Assembly (NCBI GenBank): GCA_000388065.2
Contig: KB932201.1
From: Fonticula alba ATCC 38817
Lineage: Eukaryota; Protista; Nucleariida
Length of the DNA: 48,743 nucleotides
Direction: 5' to 3' (one strand)
The first letter of the stretch is position 1. Every line of letters begins with the position of its first letter. Shown piece by piece: positions 36,103-48,088 of this stretch. The notes beneath the pieces are model-generated. The model saw nothing but the letters and a program-made list of their open reading frames with translations. It did no database searches and was not told the origin of the DNA. A program made the translations under genes and the position numbers.

Positions 36103-37173
36103 ATGAACTCTTTGCAAGAATGGGAATCTCTCTTAGTGATTCAATGACGATCGCCAACACTGGTAATCTTGCACTGAAGCACTTTCTCCTCGATGCCTCG
36201 ATGTGCCTCCCTCTGCCTCTGTCCCTGCTTCTCTCCCTCCCTCGCTCCCCCTTCCTCTCCTCTAACCCTCCCCTCTCTCCATGTGCATCCTGCCCTTCAC
36301 AGTGACCTCGACCAGCTCGTCCTTAATTACCTGATCTCCGAAGGTCACCAGGAGGTGGCGGAGCTCTTCTGCCGGGAGGTGGGCCTGCAGCTCAACATCG
36401 ATCTGTCGTACCTCTCCCAGCAGAAGCGCATCTCGGAGGCCATCCTCCGGGGGGACATCGCCGCGGCCTTTGCCCTCATTGGGGACATGAAGATGGACCT
36501 CTTTTCCCGGTGTCCGCGATTGCTCTTCCAGCTGCAGTTGCAGCAGCTGGTGGAGCTCATCCGGGCCGGGCACACGGTGGCCGCGCTGCGCTTTGCCGAG
36601 GTGGACCTGGCCCCGCGGGCATGCAGCAATTCCCACTTCCTGGCGGACTTGGAGCAGGTCTTGTTGCTTCTGATCTTCGACAATCCGGCCGACTCGCCCT
36701 CCAGTCACTATTTGGATTTGGCCCGGCGCCAGGGGCTGGTGGAGCTCCTCCGGGATTCGGTCCAGTCGCTGACCCTCGGGCCGCGCCTGTCCCAGCTGCC
36801 GGTCCTGATCCGGTACATGTTCCTGGCGCAGGATGTCCTGGCTGCCGGGGGCTTGAAGTTCCCCTCCTATCTGGACCTCATCGATGACAGCTTCTCCTGT
36901 CAGTTCTTCTCCTTCCCCCACGAAGTTGCTGGCGGGGCCGGCGGCGGCGGCGGGGTGGCTGGCGTTGCCGCATTTCCCCCCTCCTCATCCGGCGGGCCGT
37001 CGCGCTCCCCGCGGCAGCTGGCCGCCACCATGCACCCCTCCCGGCATGCGGCCTCGCCACCGGCCGGCACGAGTGGCCCCGCTGCCGCCGCCATGGTGGG
37101 CGGTGGTGTCCCCGGCGGCACCCCCGGCGCGGCCTACCTCCCCAGTTCCGGGGCTGGTGGCGGCCTCCCCTGA
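36103..37173 (+). CDS. GID8: GID8/TWA1-like CTLH E3 ligase subunit (LisH-CTLH-CRA)
   Basis: Main exon from 36303: DLDQLVLNYLISEGHQEVAELF (LisH); RISEAILRGDIAAAFALI, LLFQLQLQQLVELIR (CTLH); ALRFAEVDLAP, DLEQVLLLLIF (CRA). The 5' exon is ambiguous: MNSLQEWESLL at 36103 versus an ATG at 36144. Confidence 0.85.
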
Positions 37174-37936
37174 GACAGAGAGACGCGCGTGCGCGCAGAG
37201 GGGGGGGGGGCTGGCGGGGCGCGGGCAGTCGTGTGGAGGAGTGCCACGAGGGGATGAGCGGGCGTTCCTCTTGCTGCCTCCCGTCCTGCTGACCGCCAGT
37301 GGGTCCCCCCCCCCTTCTTTCGTGCGTTGTTTGTGTGTTTGAGTGGCTGTCCCTTTTTTCTTGTGTGTCTGGGTGTGTGTGTATCGTGGGGGGGGGGCCG
37401 AGTGAAAGCCAGAGGGCCAGCACAGACGCCTGTGTCCCTTTTTCCGGTTGCCAATCATCCCGTTTTAATAATTGAACGCATCTTGTGTCGCCTTCTTCGT
37501 CTTAACGGGGGGAGGCGGCGGGTCGACGTCCGGCCGTGACACCGACGGGGACTAGCGGCAGCTGGGTGTGTGTGTGTGTGTCTGTTTGGCGGGCAGGGCG
37601 GGGCAGGGACAGGGCCCGTTTGTGTGTGTCTCCCACAGGAGGAGGAGGGGGGTCTTGACACGGTCGGCGGGGTGGTGACAAGGGGGCGCTCCTCCCCCTG
37701 GTGGTTTTCTTTCACGGGCGTGGCATGTATGATCGCTGGTTTTTTTTTTATTCTCCCCGCCGCATTTTCTAGTCCGCTCTAAGGAGGAACACGGGGGGGG
37801 GGGGGGGGGGGGGGGGCACATAGAAGGCCCACGAATAGTTGCACACATTGGCCACACGCAGGGGAGGCGGGTTCTCCCGCAGAGAGGGCTGACCCGGCGG
37901 CTCTCTCCCTCAGTAAGAAGATGCGCGTGCTCGCTC

Positions 37937-39272
37937 TCAGGAGAGACTTTGGACCCACAGGTCGATGGTGCAGTGGCGCTCGGTCGGGGATCGGTTGCGC
38001 ACGGCCTGCACGGCGTCCTGGATGGCGATCTCCACATCCTCATCGTCAACCATCAGGACAAAGTCCCCGACAGCATCCTGGCGAAGGAGACGCCAGTTGT
38101 CGGCCTGGCTCGGGACCGAGAGAGCCGCGGCCAGCAAGTCGCGCAGGCGCCCGAAAGTGCGTCCGGTGCCGGCTGCCGCGAAGGCCGACAGATCGATGTC
38201 GCGCTCGGGCCCGGCATCCAGCCGGGCCGTGGCACTCAGTGTGAAGTTGCTGGGAAGCCCGGCATCCGGGGCGGCGCCGGCGCGCGAAGGGGGCCCGCCG
38301 ACGGGCGGCGGTCCGGCGCGCCTGGACGGGGGGCCGCCCACCGGTGGCGGGCCGCCGGCCTGCCGGGGAGACGCCCCCGGCACGGCGGCCGACTGCCCGC
38401 TGATGGCCGTCAATTCCGGCGGCGGCTGAGCATGGTGTCGATCATCGTCGAGGTGTGCGTCAGTGACCGGGGGGCCGTCTGGCGGCAAGGGGCAGGCGAG
38501 GGGGAGGGATAGCCAAGCTGCCACATGCGGCGCATTTGGGGCACATGTACCTGCGTGGCGACTCCACTGGCGGCCAGCTGCTGCCGACGCAGGAAGGCCG
38601 CCTTGAAGCCGGTGATGTTGTCCGAGGGATCGCTGCTGGCCACGATCTTGGACTTGCCCAGGAGATCCTGGCGCTGGGTGCTGCCGGCCTTCTCGACCGA
38701 GGGCCGATACACGGCCGGGGCGCCGGTGTGCAGGGGGAAGGGCGTGTACGACCGGGCATTGATGCGGGCCGTGGCCAGCTGGATGAGCTCGCGGCTTTGC
38801 TGGGCCACATCGGCCACGGTGTCGGCCAGCAGCTCGGAGGAGGCCACCTCGGCCAGGACATTGAGCCCGGCGCTCGGGGACCCGCCGGCCGCCAGGCAGA
38901 CCCCCCGGTTGGCGGCACATTGGGCCAGCAGCAGGCGGATGGGCAGCCCCAGCTGGGTGTAGTCGATGAAGCAGTTCATGCGGAAGCAATTTTGCGCATC
39001 GCTGAAGGCTCGGTCGGCCTGGGCCCAGCGCTGCTGCTCCATGTACACCATACCTTCCTGAGCAAAGCCGATGGCCAGGTAGCGGTCAGCCTTGGTGGCC
39101 CGAGCAAAGGCCGCAGCCTACGCCAGCCGAGAGCCCGGCCCCGGCCCCCCACCGGCCAGACAGGATAGGAGAGAGAGAGAGAGCAGAAGGGGAGAGGAGC
39201 GCGACAGAGCAGGGGAGGGGATCGGAGAGAAGGTCAGGCTCCGAAAGCAGGGAGTATGTTTCCATGTGTGTG

Positions 39273-39303
<31 letters not shown>

Positions 39304-39759
39304 TGCCAGTGGGGATATAATTAACGAACCGCCTCGTTGTGTTGGCCAAGCATCGTGTGGGCGACACCAATGTTGTAGCAGATCTTGGCCCCGATGCCGT
39401 CGATCAGCTGGCCAGCCGGGGGTGTGAGTGATTACTCCGGTCGGAGGGGCGGCGTCGCGCAGGGGGCGCATGGATGCATGTCTCTTCGCGGGGGACAAGT
39501 GGGAAAAAGAAAATGCCCCGGCCCGGCGATGCATAAATGGCATGCCTGCGGGCACGAGCGGACGCACCTGGAACTTGGTGATGGCCTCGCGCCACTGCTT
39601 CTGGTCGAAGTGCTCGAGGGCCTTGTTCCAGGTGACGATCTCATCCTGAGCAATGTGCCAGCGCGAGGCGAGAGGGGGCGGGCGCGTACGACGGGGGTCA
39701 GGCCAGGCCAGGCTTGGGAGAGGCAAGAGCGGGGGGCTGCCACGTACCCGGAGTGACAT
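37937..39759 (-). CDS. noxR: NADPH oxidase regulator NoxR (p67phox-like: TPR, activation domain, PB1); 5 exons 39759-39748, 39645-39568, 39407-39330, 39117-38551, 38425-37937
   Basis: MSLR|DEIVTWNKALEHFD (fungal NoxR MSLKQEIETW-like), AKICYNIGV, DRYLAIGFAQEG, FRMNCFIDYTQLGL, VYRP..K, DLLGKSKIVAS (activation domain), C-terminal PB1 DAVGDFVLMVDDEDVEIAI. All splice phases are 0 and consistent. Confidence 0.92.
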
Positions 39760-40965
39760 GGCGTCCAGAAAGGAGGAGGAGGAGTGCTTGCCAAGATCAG
39801 CGACAAAGTGTCCAAGCGTCTGGGGGGGTGGGGGGGGGGGGGAAGGGAAAGGAGGGGGGAGCAGAGGGCAAGGGGCAACGGGGGGCGAGAGGGAGGGGGG
39901 GGACAGGGCCCAGCGGGTAGACAGGCGCGGCGAGAGCTTGGTGTGGCAGGGGGAGCGAGCCGGGGGAGAACGTGAGGAATCCACGTACATGGGCACCCGA
40001 TCTGCCGGCCCGGCAGTGCCGACCCTTTACTTTCCCGACGGATGTTGGCCAACAATCGCCCTGCCCCCTCGTCGCGCCAAGGGGCTTGGTCCCCCCCGCC
40101 ACGCCTTTCTCCCGCTCGACCACGGGCACGGGGGCGTTGAGAGGCCTGCTTCCCCGGGCCGGCGGAGGCTGGAGGGAGGAGGCTGGCAATGCAGCCGCCG
40201 GCTGCCGGCGCACAGCCCCCAGTGCACCGACACTTTGAGCAGGCGTTCTTAACAAAGGAGAACGGGCAAAAGGCTCTTCGCGATGCGCTGGCACTTGGTG
40301 GTTCTGTCTCGCATGTGGGGTACCTGGTCGTGTTGGCCTGTTGGTCCCCGCTCCTGCGCACTCCACACTCACGCTTCCGGATGGTCCGTCTCAATCGACC
40401 TGCCGGGCCTCGATGCAATCTCGGCTCTTGGCCGGGGCCCACAGACACACACATGTGTGCGCACGCACGCATACACACACACACACATACGCGCATCGGT
40501 GAGCCGAAACTCTCGATCGGGCATCTCGCAGAACCGGGCTGTGGGCACATGCGTCCCTTCTCCTCCCGCCCGGCGCCCCCCCCCCCCCCCCNNNNNNNNN
40601 NNNNNNNNNNNNNNNNNNNNNNNNNNNNNNNNNNNNNNNNNNNNNNNNNNNNNNNNNNNNNNNNNNNNNNNNNNNNNNNNNNNNNNNNNNNNNNNNNNNN
40701 NNNNNNNNNNNNNNNNNNNNNNNNNNNNNNNNNNNNNNNNNNNNNNNNNNNNNNNNNNNNNNNNNNNNNNNNNNNNNNNNNNNNNNNNNNNNNNNNNNNN
40801 NNNNNNNNNNNNNNNNNNNNNNNNNNNNNNNNNNNNNNNNNNNNNNNNNNNNNNNNNNNNNNNNNNNNNNNNNNNNNNNNNNNNNNNNNNNNNNNNNNNN
40901 NNNNNNNNNNNNNNNNNNNNNCCCGTCCTGTTCCCTCGCTCCCCCTTCTTTCGGCCTCTGGCCAG

Positions 40966-43900
40966 CGCTTGGCGCGGCTCTGGCCGAGCTACTGTCGGAC
41001 GATGCCAAAGAGCCTGCGCCCCGAGCCGCGGTCATCGATGCCCTGGCTCCTCTGATGGAGCGGCCTAAAAACACGCGGCTGGTCGGTGCGCACTGGGCCC
41101 TGCCGCTGCATCGCCTCCGCTCGACGGACACCCAGCTCTATCAACGCCTGCTACTCGACGGGAGCACCGCCAGCTCGGATGCCGCTGCGCCGCTTGACCC
41201 CCCGCCAAAAGCCGCTGCGACGCTCGCCGAAAGGGTGCGCCCCTTGCCGTGGGCACCGGTTCCCACCCGCCGGCGGTCTACTAATCGAGCACCCTCTCCC
41301 CTGCCCTGCTCGGGCCTGCCGGTGTTGGCATGTTACAGATGCGCCACAGTCTGGGTCAGTCCGGGGCCGGATTCATCGAAACAGTCACGGCCGCCGGGCC
41401 GTATCTGAATTTCCGCCTCAATGAGCGCCGCATGTTGGCCGAGGTGATTACCAGCGTGGCCGAACAGGGGTCCATGTTTGGCCACTCACCACAGCGTACG
41501 ACCGGTCTCCTTCCTCGCACGCGCACTTGTCGCCGGCAGCGGCATCGGCGTCGCCCTTTTTTCTCTCTCGAGGAATACCCCCCCCCCCCCCTGCTTTCTT
41601 CCTCACTCACAGCACGTCGTAGTCCTTGACAGTCTGGTGCTCTTGGAGTTCAGCTCGCCGAACATCGCCAAGCCCTTCCACATGGGCCACCTGCGCTCGA
41701 CAATCATTGGTGTGTTTCTGGTCACCTCAACCTCGGCCTTCCCTCCTGCCCCCTCTGTTCCCCTCTCACCTCCCTGTCTCCTTGGACCCTCTTTTGCCCC
41801 CCCCCCCCCTCCCCCCCCTCTCCCAGGCAACATCCTGAGCAATCTCTACCGGTCCCAGGGCCACCAAGTCCTGAACATCAACTACCTCGGCGACTGGGGC
41901 ACCCAGTATGGTGCGTGCTGCTTTCCACTCCCTCGCATGTGGGCTGTCCATTTGACCCTGTGTTTCTTCTTTCCGCTCGCGCTTCGGCAGGCATCCTCGC
42001 GCTCGGCTTCGAGCACTTCGGCTGCAGGGAGAAGCTGCAGGAAGACCCGATCCGCCACCTGTTCCAGGTGTATGTGGCATCGCAGGCGCAGGTGGCCAAG
42101 TGCCCGGACTTCGCGGCCCAGGCCCGGCGCTACTTCAGCACCATGGAGCGTGTGGCGGCCCTGCTGGCGGACCGGTGCGGTGTGAGTGTGGACGCGTGGG
42201 ATCCGGATGCCTCGGATCTGGCGGCCACTCTCCGGCAGGCGGCCGCCGAGGGGGAGCATTTGACCGAGGCCGACTTGGCCGACGGGCTCCGGGCGCTCCG
42301 GCTGTGGCAGCTCTTCCGCTCGCAGTCGATTGTCTCCTATGAGCGGGTGTATGGCGATCTGGGCGTCAGCTTCCACAGCTACGAGGGCGAGTCCCAATCG
42401 CAGGCGGTGGTACCGCGTGGTGCGACACACTTGCGCGCCCGAGCTCCGCTTTTCCCTTTGCCCTCCCCCTCGCACTGGCTGACCCTCTGCCTTGCTACCT
42501 GGCTAGTTCTGGAGCATTTCCAGCAGCAGGGCCTCCTCCGGGAATCGGATGGCGCGCTGGTGGTGGATGTCCCCCCGGCCAAGAACTCCCACCCCGGCCC
42601 CGATGGCGCGGATCCGCCTCCACAGGTGGCCGTCCTACAGAAGGCCGATGGTGCTTCGATCTACCTGTCGCGGGATCTCGGTATGTGGCCCTGCAATTGG
42701 CCTGCCTGCTGGTCCTCGAGGGGAGACCATGGGCCTCCTCCGCCATTGCTCGCCTTTCTTTTTTTCCCTTCCCCTTGGCCCCTTCCTCCCCGATGCCCCA
42801 AGCCTCGGGTTCCCTAACACTCCTCATCCCTTTGCCCGGCTGCCTCCCTTCCCGCCAACACTCGCCATCACTCTCCCCCCTCCTGCCTGCCTGCCTGTCT
42901 GCCTGCCTGCCTGCCTGCCTGCCTGTCTGGCGGCCTCCACCCAGCCACCATCATGCGCCGGTATGCCAGCCACACGTTCGACCGGTTGGTGTATGTGGCC
43001 GGCAGCGAGCAGGAGCTGCACTTCCAGCAGCTCTTCCAACTTGCCGGCCTGCTGCCTGGCCTGCCATCGGACCTTCCAAGCCGATTGGAGCATATCAGCT
43101 TTGGCCGGGTGGCCGGCATGTCCACGCGCGAGGGGACGGCCGTCTTCCTGGAGGATGTTCTGGCCGAGGCCCGGCGCCAGTGCCTTGCCCGAGAGGAGTG
43201 GGGCTCGCGCGGGCCGCCGGATGCCGCGACTGTCGCCATGCTTGGCTTGTCGTCGGTGGTGGTGGCTGATCTGACCTCGCGGCGCATCAAGGTACCGTGC
43301 TGACCGGGGGAGGGGTCCCGTCGCTCCTCTTGTCGCCAAGGCCTTTCTCCTTTCCACCACTCACCCGCCGATGCCGCCACCTTCACCCCGGCCACTTCCA
43401 TCACCACCACCGCCACCCCATGGTCGTGGCTTCTGTCCTCCTGCAGAACTACAACTTCTGCTGGGCCAAGGCGACCGATCCCAAGGGCGACACGGGAATG
43501 TTGCTTCAGTATACCCATGCGCGGTTGTGCGGGTGCGTCCCTTTTCGCTTGGCATTTGGCCATTTCCCTTTGGCTTTTTCCGCCGCACGCGCGCGTGCAG
43601 CAGCAGCAGATCGCTGACTCATTGCCTTTTGCCCTTTGCACTTGGGGGTGGGGAAAAAAAAAAGAATCGAGCGCACGAACACCAACCTCCTGGAGTCCGG
43701 GGCCTTTTCCCCTGGGCAGGACCTAGGCCAGTACCGGCTGCCGGATGATGTGGAGGTGCCGGAGTGCGCCGTGCAGCTGGCCATGGAAGTCAGCCGCTTC
43801 CCGGAGGTGCTGCGCATGTCGCTTGCCAGGTATGATCAGGAGCTGCTGGGGCCCCGCCACATTCCCTGCTTCGATTTCCCCCTTGCCCCGTATGCCATCT

Positions 43901-44047
43901 GACCCCGGGCGCCCTTTTTGCAGCTCGGAGCCCAGCATTTTGGTTCAGTATCTGCTCGGCCTCTGTCGGTGCATCGGAACCGCCCACCAGGAGCTCAAGG
44001 TGAAGGACGCGCCTGCAGCCGAGGCCCAGTGGCGATTTGTACGCACA

Positions 44048-44083
<36 letters not shown>

Positions 44084-44285
44084 CACATACATACATACAT
44101 GCACTCCGTCTGTCTCTTTCGCCGCTCCCGGCTCATGATCCCTTTCTCTCTCTCTCTCTCCCTATCCCCTTCTCCTGGCCAACCTGTTCCTCTTCCAAAC
44201 GTCGAAGGATCTTTTCCGCGCCTCGCGCGCCACCTTGAGCAATGGCATCTTGCTGCTTGGCCTGACCCCTGTGGAGCGAGTGTAG
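40966..44285 (+). CDS. RARS2: Arginyl-tRNA synthetase (class I; RARS2/fungal type), 5' end missing in or before gap 40592-40921
   Basis: AAGPYLNF, LEFSSPNIAKPFHMGHLRSTIIG (HIGH motif), INYLGDWGTQY, SYEGES, LQKADGASIYLSRD, YVAGSEQELHFQQLF, FGRVAGMSTREG, GDTGMLLQYTHARL, EPSILVQYL, LGLTPVERV*. Mitochondrial versus cytosolic assignment cannot be resolved from the visible sequence. Confidence 0.93.
42883..42923. repeat. (CCTG)n tetranucleotide repeat in ArgRS intron
   Basis: Directly visible, one CTGT interruption. Confidence 0.85.
44041..44100. repeat. (GCAC)n followed by (ACAT)n in ArgRS intron
   Basis: Directly visible compound microsatellite. Confidence 0.85.
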
Positions 44286-44644
44286 TGTCCCCATGTTGTG
44301 CGGCCGAGCGCCCCCATCCTTTCTTCCCTCCCCGCCGGGTGATCATGACGATCCCCTGCTCGCAGTAGAGTGCCCAAAGGGCAGAGCGCAGCAGGTGACC
44401 ACACCCAGACCGGGCGTTTCTCATCCGCCTACCCTCGAATTCGAAATATACCTCCCCTCCCCCGGACATTTGACCAGCCGCAGCACCACCAGGGTGTCGG
44501 TCAGAAAGAGGCACACGTATACACACACACACACACACACAGGTGATTGTATTTACATGTCTGCCAGGCCGGCAGGCCCGTTGCTCAGGCAACTGGACGC
44601 ACCCACTTGGCCCAGGGACTCGGGGGCCAGCAATGCATGGCACA

Positions 44645-47600
44645 TCACTGGCGGCTGGTCACCTTGAGAATGGGAACCAGGGGGGAATCCTGGAAGAGGA
44701 CGCCCACGCGCGAGGCCCGGGTATCGAAGAGGGCCTCCGGCAGGTCGCACTGGCCAAACTGCGCCGCCGGCTCCGAGAGGGCGTCCTCCGGCGATGCGGC
44801 GGCCCCGGCGGCAGTGACGAGGTCCACCAGGGTGCTGATGACCTCGACATTCGCGGAGATGGTGGCCTGCAGGCCGGCGCAGCGCTCCTGCCAGGCAGGG
44901 AAGGCCATCAGGGGGATCCGGCCAATGCCAGCCGACAGGGCCCGCGGGTCGGCCCCGGGGTTGACGGTGGCCGTGTCCTTCGGCAGGGCAGCCAGGGCGG
45001 CCAGCTGGGCATGCGCCTCCTGCAGGAGGACCCGAGCGCGGGCCAGGACCCGCAGGACCCCGGCACGGCGCTGGCCCCGAGTGGTCCCGGCGCCGGAGGC
45101 CAGGACCCCGGCGCAGGCGGCCAGATCGGCCTCCGGCACCGGGGCCGCCTGGCTGAAGCCACCCGACAGGGCCAGCAGCCGATGGAGATTGGTCGACAGG
45201 GCAAAGTGCTTGAACTCCAGCGGCGGCGGGCTGGCCTGGGCCAGCAGCGGCCGGAACCGGCAGTCGAAGGCATGCGACACGCAGTTGGCCGGGCCGGCGA
45301 CCGCGGTCGTGTCAGCGCCAGCGGTGTCGGCGCCGGTGGTGGACACACTGTCGCCCACCACCCCGGCATGCAGGTTCACCGGGGCCCCGTCGAAGTAGAC
45401 CCCGGCATGTTGCAGGGCCGCCAGGGCCAGGAGCATGGCCCGCTGGGCCAGGACCTCGGCCGCATCGAAGCGCTGGAGCGGCTCATCCGGGTTCGACAGG
45501 AGCTGCGGCAGGGGGAGGGGCTTGGCCGGCGGCGAGGCAGCCGGGCGTCGCGGTCCAGGGGGGGACTTCTTCTTGCCGCCCTTCTTGGCGGCGCCCGGGG
45601 ACAGGACCGGGGAGGCGGCCGAGCGAGCGGCGTCTACCGGCGATGGGGGCGGGGGGACGTCAGCAAGGGGAGGCGAAGCATGGGGATTCAGAAGGTGAGA
45701 GGGGGGGAGGGNNNNNNNNNNNNNNNNNNNNNNNNNNNNNNNNNNNNNNNNNNNNNNNNNNNNNNNNNNNNNNNNNNNNNNNNNNNNNNNNNNNNNNNNN
45801 NNNNNNNNNNNNNNNNNNNNNNNNNNNNNNNNNNNNNNNNNNNNNNNNNNNNNNNNNNNNNNNNNNNNNNNNNNNNNNNNNNNNNNNNNNNNNNNNNNNN
45901 NNNNNNNNNNNNNNNNNNNNNNNNNNNNNNNNNNNNNNNNNNNNNNNNNNNNNNNNNNNNNNNNNNNNNNNNNNNNNNNNNNNNNNNNNNNNNNNNNNNN
46001 NNNNNNNNNNNNNNNNNNNNNNNNNNNNNNNNNNNNNNNNNNNNNNNNNNNNNNNNNNNNNNNNNNNNNNNNNNNNNNNNNNNNNNNNNNNNNNNNNNNN
46101 NNNNNNNNNNNNNNNNNNNNNNNNNNNNNNNNNNNNNNNNNNNNNNNNNNNNNNNNNNNNNNNNNNNNNNNNNNNNNNNNNNNNNNNNNNNNNNNNNNNN
46201 NNNNNNNNNNNNNNNNNNNNNNNNNNNNNNNNNNNNNNNNNNNNNNNNNNNNNNNNNNNNNNNNNNNNNNNNNNNNNNNNNNNNNNNNNNNNNNNNNNNN
46301 NNNNNNNNNNNNNNNNNNNNNNNNNNNNNNNNNNNNNNNNNNNNNNNNNNNNNNNNNNNNNNNNNNNNNNNNNNNNNNNNNNNNNNNNNNNNNNNNNNNN
46401 NNNNNNNNNNNNNNNNNNNNNNNNNNNNNNNNNNNNNNNNNNNNNNNNNNNNNNNNNNNNNNNNNNNNNNNNNNNNNNNNNNNNNNNNNNNNNNNNNNNN
46501 NNNNNNNNNNNNNNNNNNNNNNNNNNNNNNNNNNNNNNNNNNNNNNNNNNNNNNNNNNNNNNNNNNNNNNNNNNNNNNNNNNNNNNNNNNNCGCGCAGCG
46601 TCGACCGAACAAACAGGTTCGGGAAGGGAGCCGTGAAGAGGAAGCTCTTGAGGGAGAAAATGAACTCCCCCACTTCGGAGGTCATGAGCAGGAGGTTGGA
46701 CGCGTCGACCAGGTGTCGGAGCATGGCGGCCATCTGGGCATACGCCTCCTCTCGGGTGGGGGTCAGTGCCGCGGTGGAGGAGGGGAAGCTGAACATCTTG
46801 CGGGCGATGCGCCGGTCGAAGGCGTACACCCCGCCGGCGGCGGCCGGGGCGAAGTCCGGCGCCGGCGGCGTGGCGCCCTGGTCGACCGTCTGCATGCAGA
46901 GGTCCACCGCGCGGAGGGTCTGCTGCAGGCTGGCCACATTGCAGATGTTGAGGTTGCGCATGTGCGGCGAGTTGTGGTAGATGTCCAGCAACTTCAGGCG
47001 CAGGGACAGCCGAGCCCCGAGGGCCGTCAGAGCCCGGGGGGTGTCATCCGCATGCAGGGTGTAGATGGACCGGTGTTGCGCGGTGGCCGGGGCGCCGGCG
47101 GGGTTCAGACACTGGCGGGTGGCCGCCTGGATGGCCTGCATGCAGGCCTCCAGCATGGACATACACCGGGCCGTGGGGAAGGCCGGCAGGTTGACCTGCA
47201 GAAAGTTCGGCACCGCGGCCGAGGTGGCATCCGACGAGGAGGGCTCCTCGTCGGTGCCGATGCCCGAGGCCGAGATGGCACGCGTCACGGCATCCATACA
47301 CCGGAGGACATTGTGACAGTAGGCATGCAAAACCGGGCACTTGATGCGGTCCGGCCGCTGGAGGTACAGACTGGACCCGAGGGAGGGGGCCAGGGAGTTG
47401 CCGGCATGCAGGACCATCTGCGGGCGCGCGGGGGGTCAGTTGGGGTTCGGTGGCGGCCGGGCGAGGGGCCGGAGAAGGTGGGCCAGAAAAGGAAAGGGGG
47501 CATGGTCGACGCCCTCCCCGGCCGGACCGGATGGCGAGCAGGAAGCGTTGAGACGAGGCAAAGGGGGACAGGATCGGCGCCGGCGAGCCCGTTCGGCTCG

Positions 47601-48031
47601 CATTGTCGCGTGCTCCGTTCCTTCCCCCGGCCCTGGCGCACCTCTTCGGCCAGCAGGTCGTCGATGATGCCGACCAGCTCGGCCGCCGAGAACCCCTCGG
47701 TTCGGAGCATCCCCGCGTCGAAGGCCTGGTCGATGCCCTGCCAGGCGGCCCGGGGGTCGGCGCCGGCCGAGCGCCGAGCGATCTCGGCCTCCGAGGTGGG
47801 GGGGAACTCCGCGCGGAAGACCCCGAGCGCGGCCGGCAGCTCATCCTCGGCCATGTAGCCGGAGTCCATCTTCGGGTGCATGACGTCCACGGCGGAGATC
47901 ACCTGTCGAAGGCAGAAGTCCGGCGTCGAGAGCAGCTCCCCATCGCGGCTGAGGGCGTCACACCCGCGGAAGAAGACCTCCGTGACGTCGGCCCAGTGGG
48001 AAACATGCGGCCAATCATTCAGGTCGGCCAT
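44645..48031 (-). CDS. NAA35: N-alpha-acetyltransferase 35 / Mak10 (NatC auxiliary subunit), middle hidden by gap 45712-46591
   Basis: WADVTEVFF...GELL...F.LRQVISAVDVMHPKMDSG (Mak10 DPKMD motif), intron 47641-47418, GNSLAPSLGSSLYL (cf. GHSLAQTVFTCLY), later AFDCRFRPL...PPPLEF. Stop at 44645-44647. Confidence 0.88.
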
Positions 48032-48053
48032 GGCTTGAACGGGGGCGGGGGGG

Positions 48054-48088
<35 letters not shown>

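Larger units (their letters stand above)
6757..46591. other. Assembly gaps: 6757-7245, 11015-11330, 20099-20538, 24121-24710, 25869-25918, 31832-31882, 33010-33124, 40592-40921, 45712-46591
   Basis: Runs of N; most abut G- or C-homopolymers. Confidence 0.99.

Noticed and set aside
7410-48031. Possible functional gene cluster (NoxR with kinase, myotubularin, kinesin; or NAA35 with eIF1A)
   Set aside because: Unrelated housekeeping genes in mixed orientation; no shared motif or operon-like spacing supports co-regulation.
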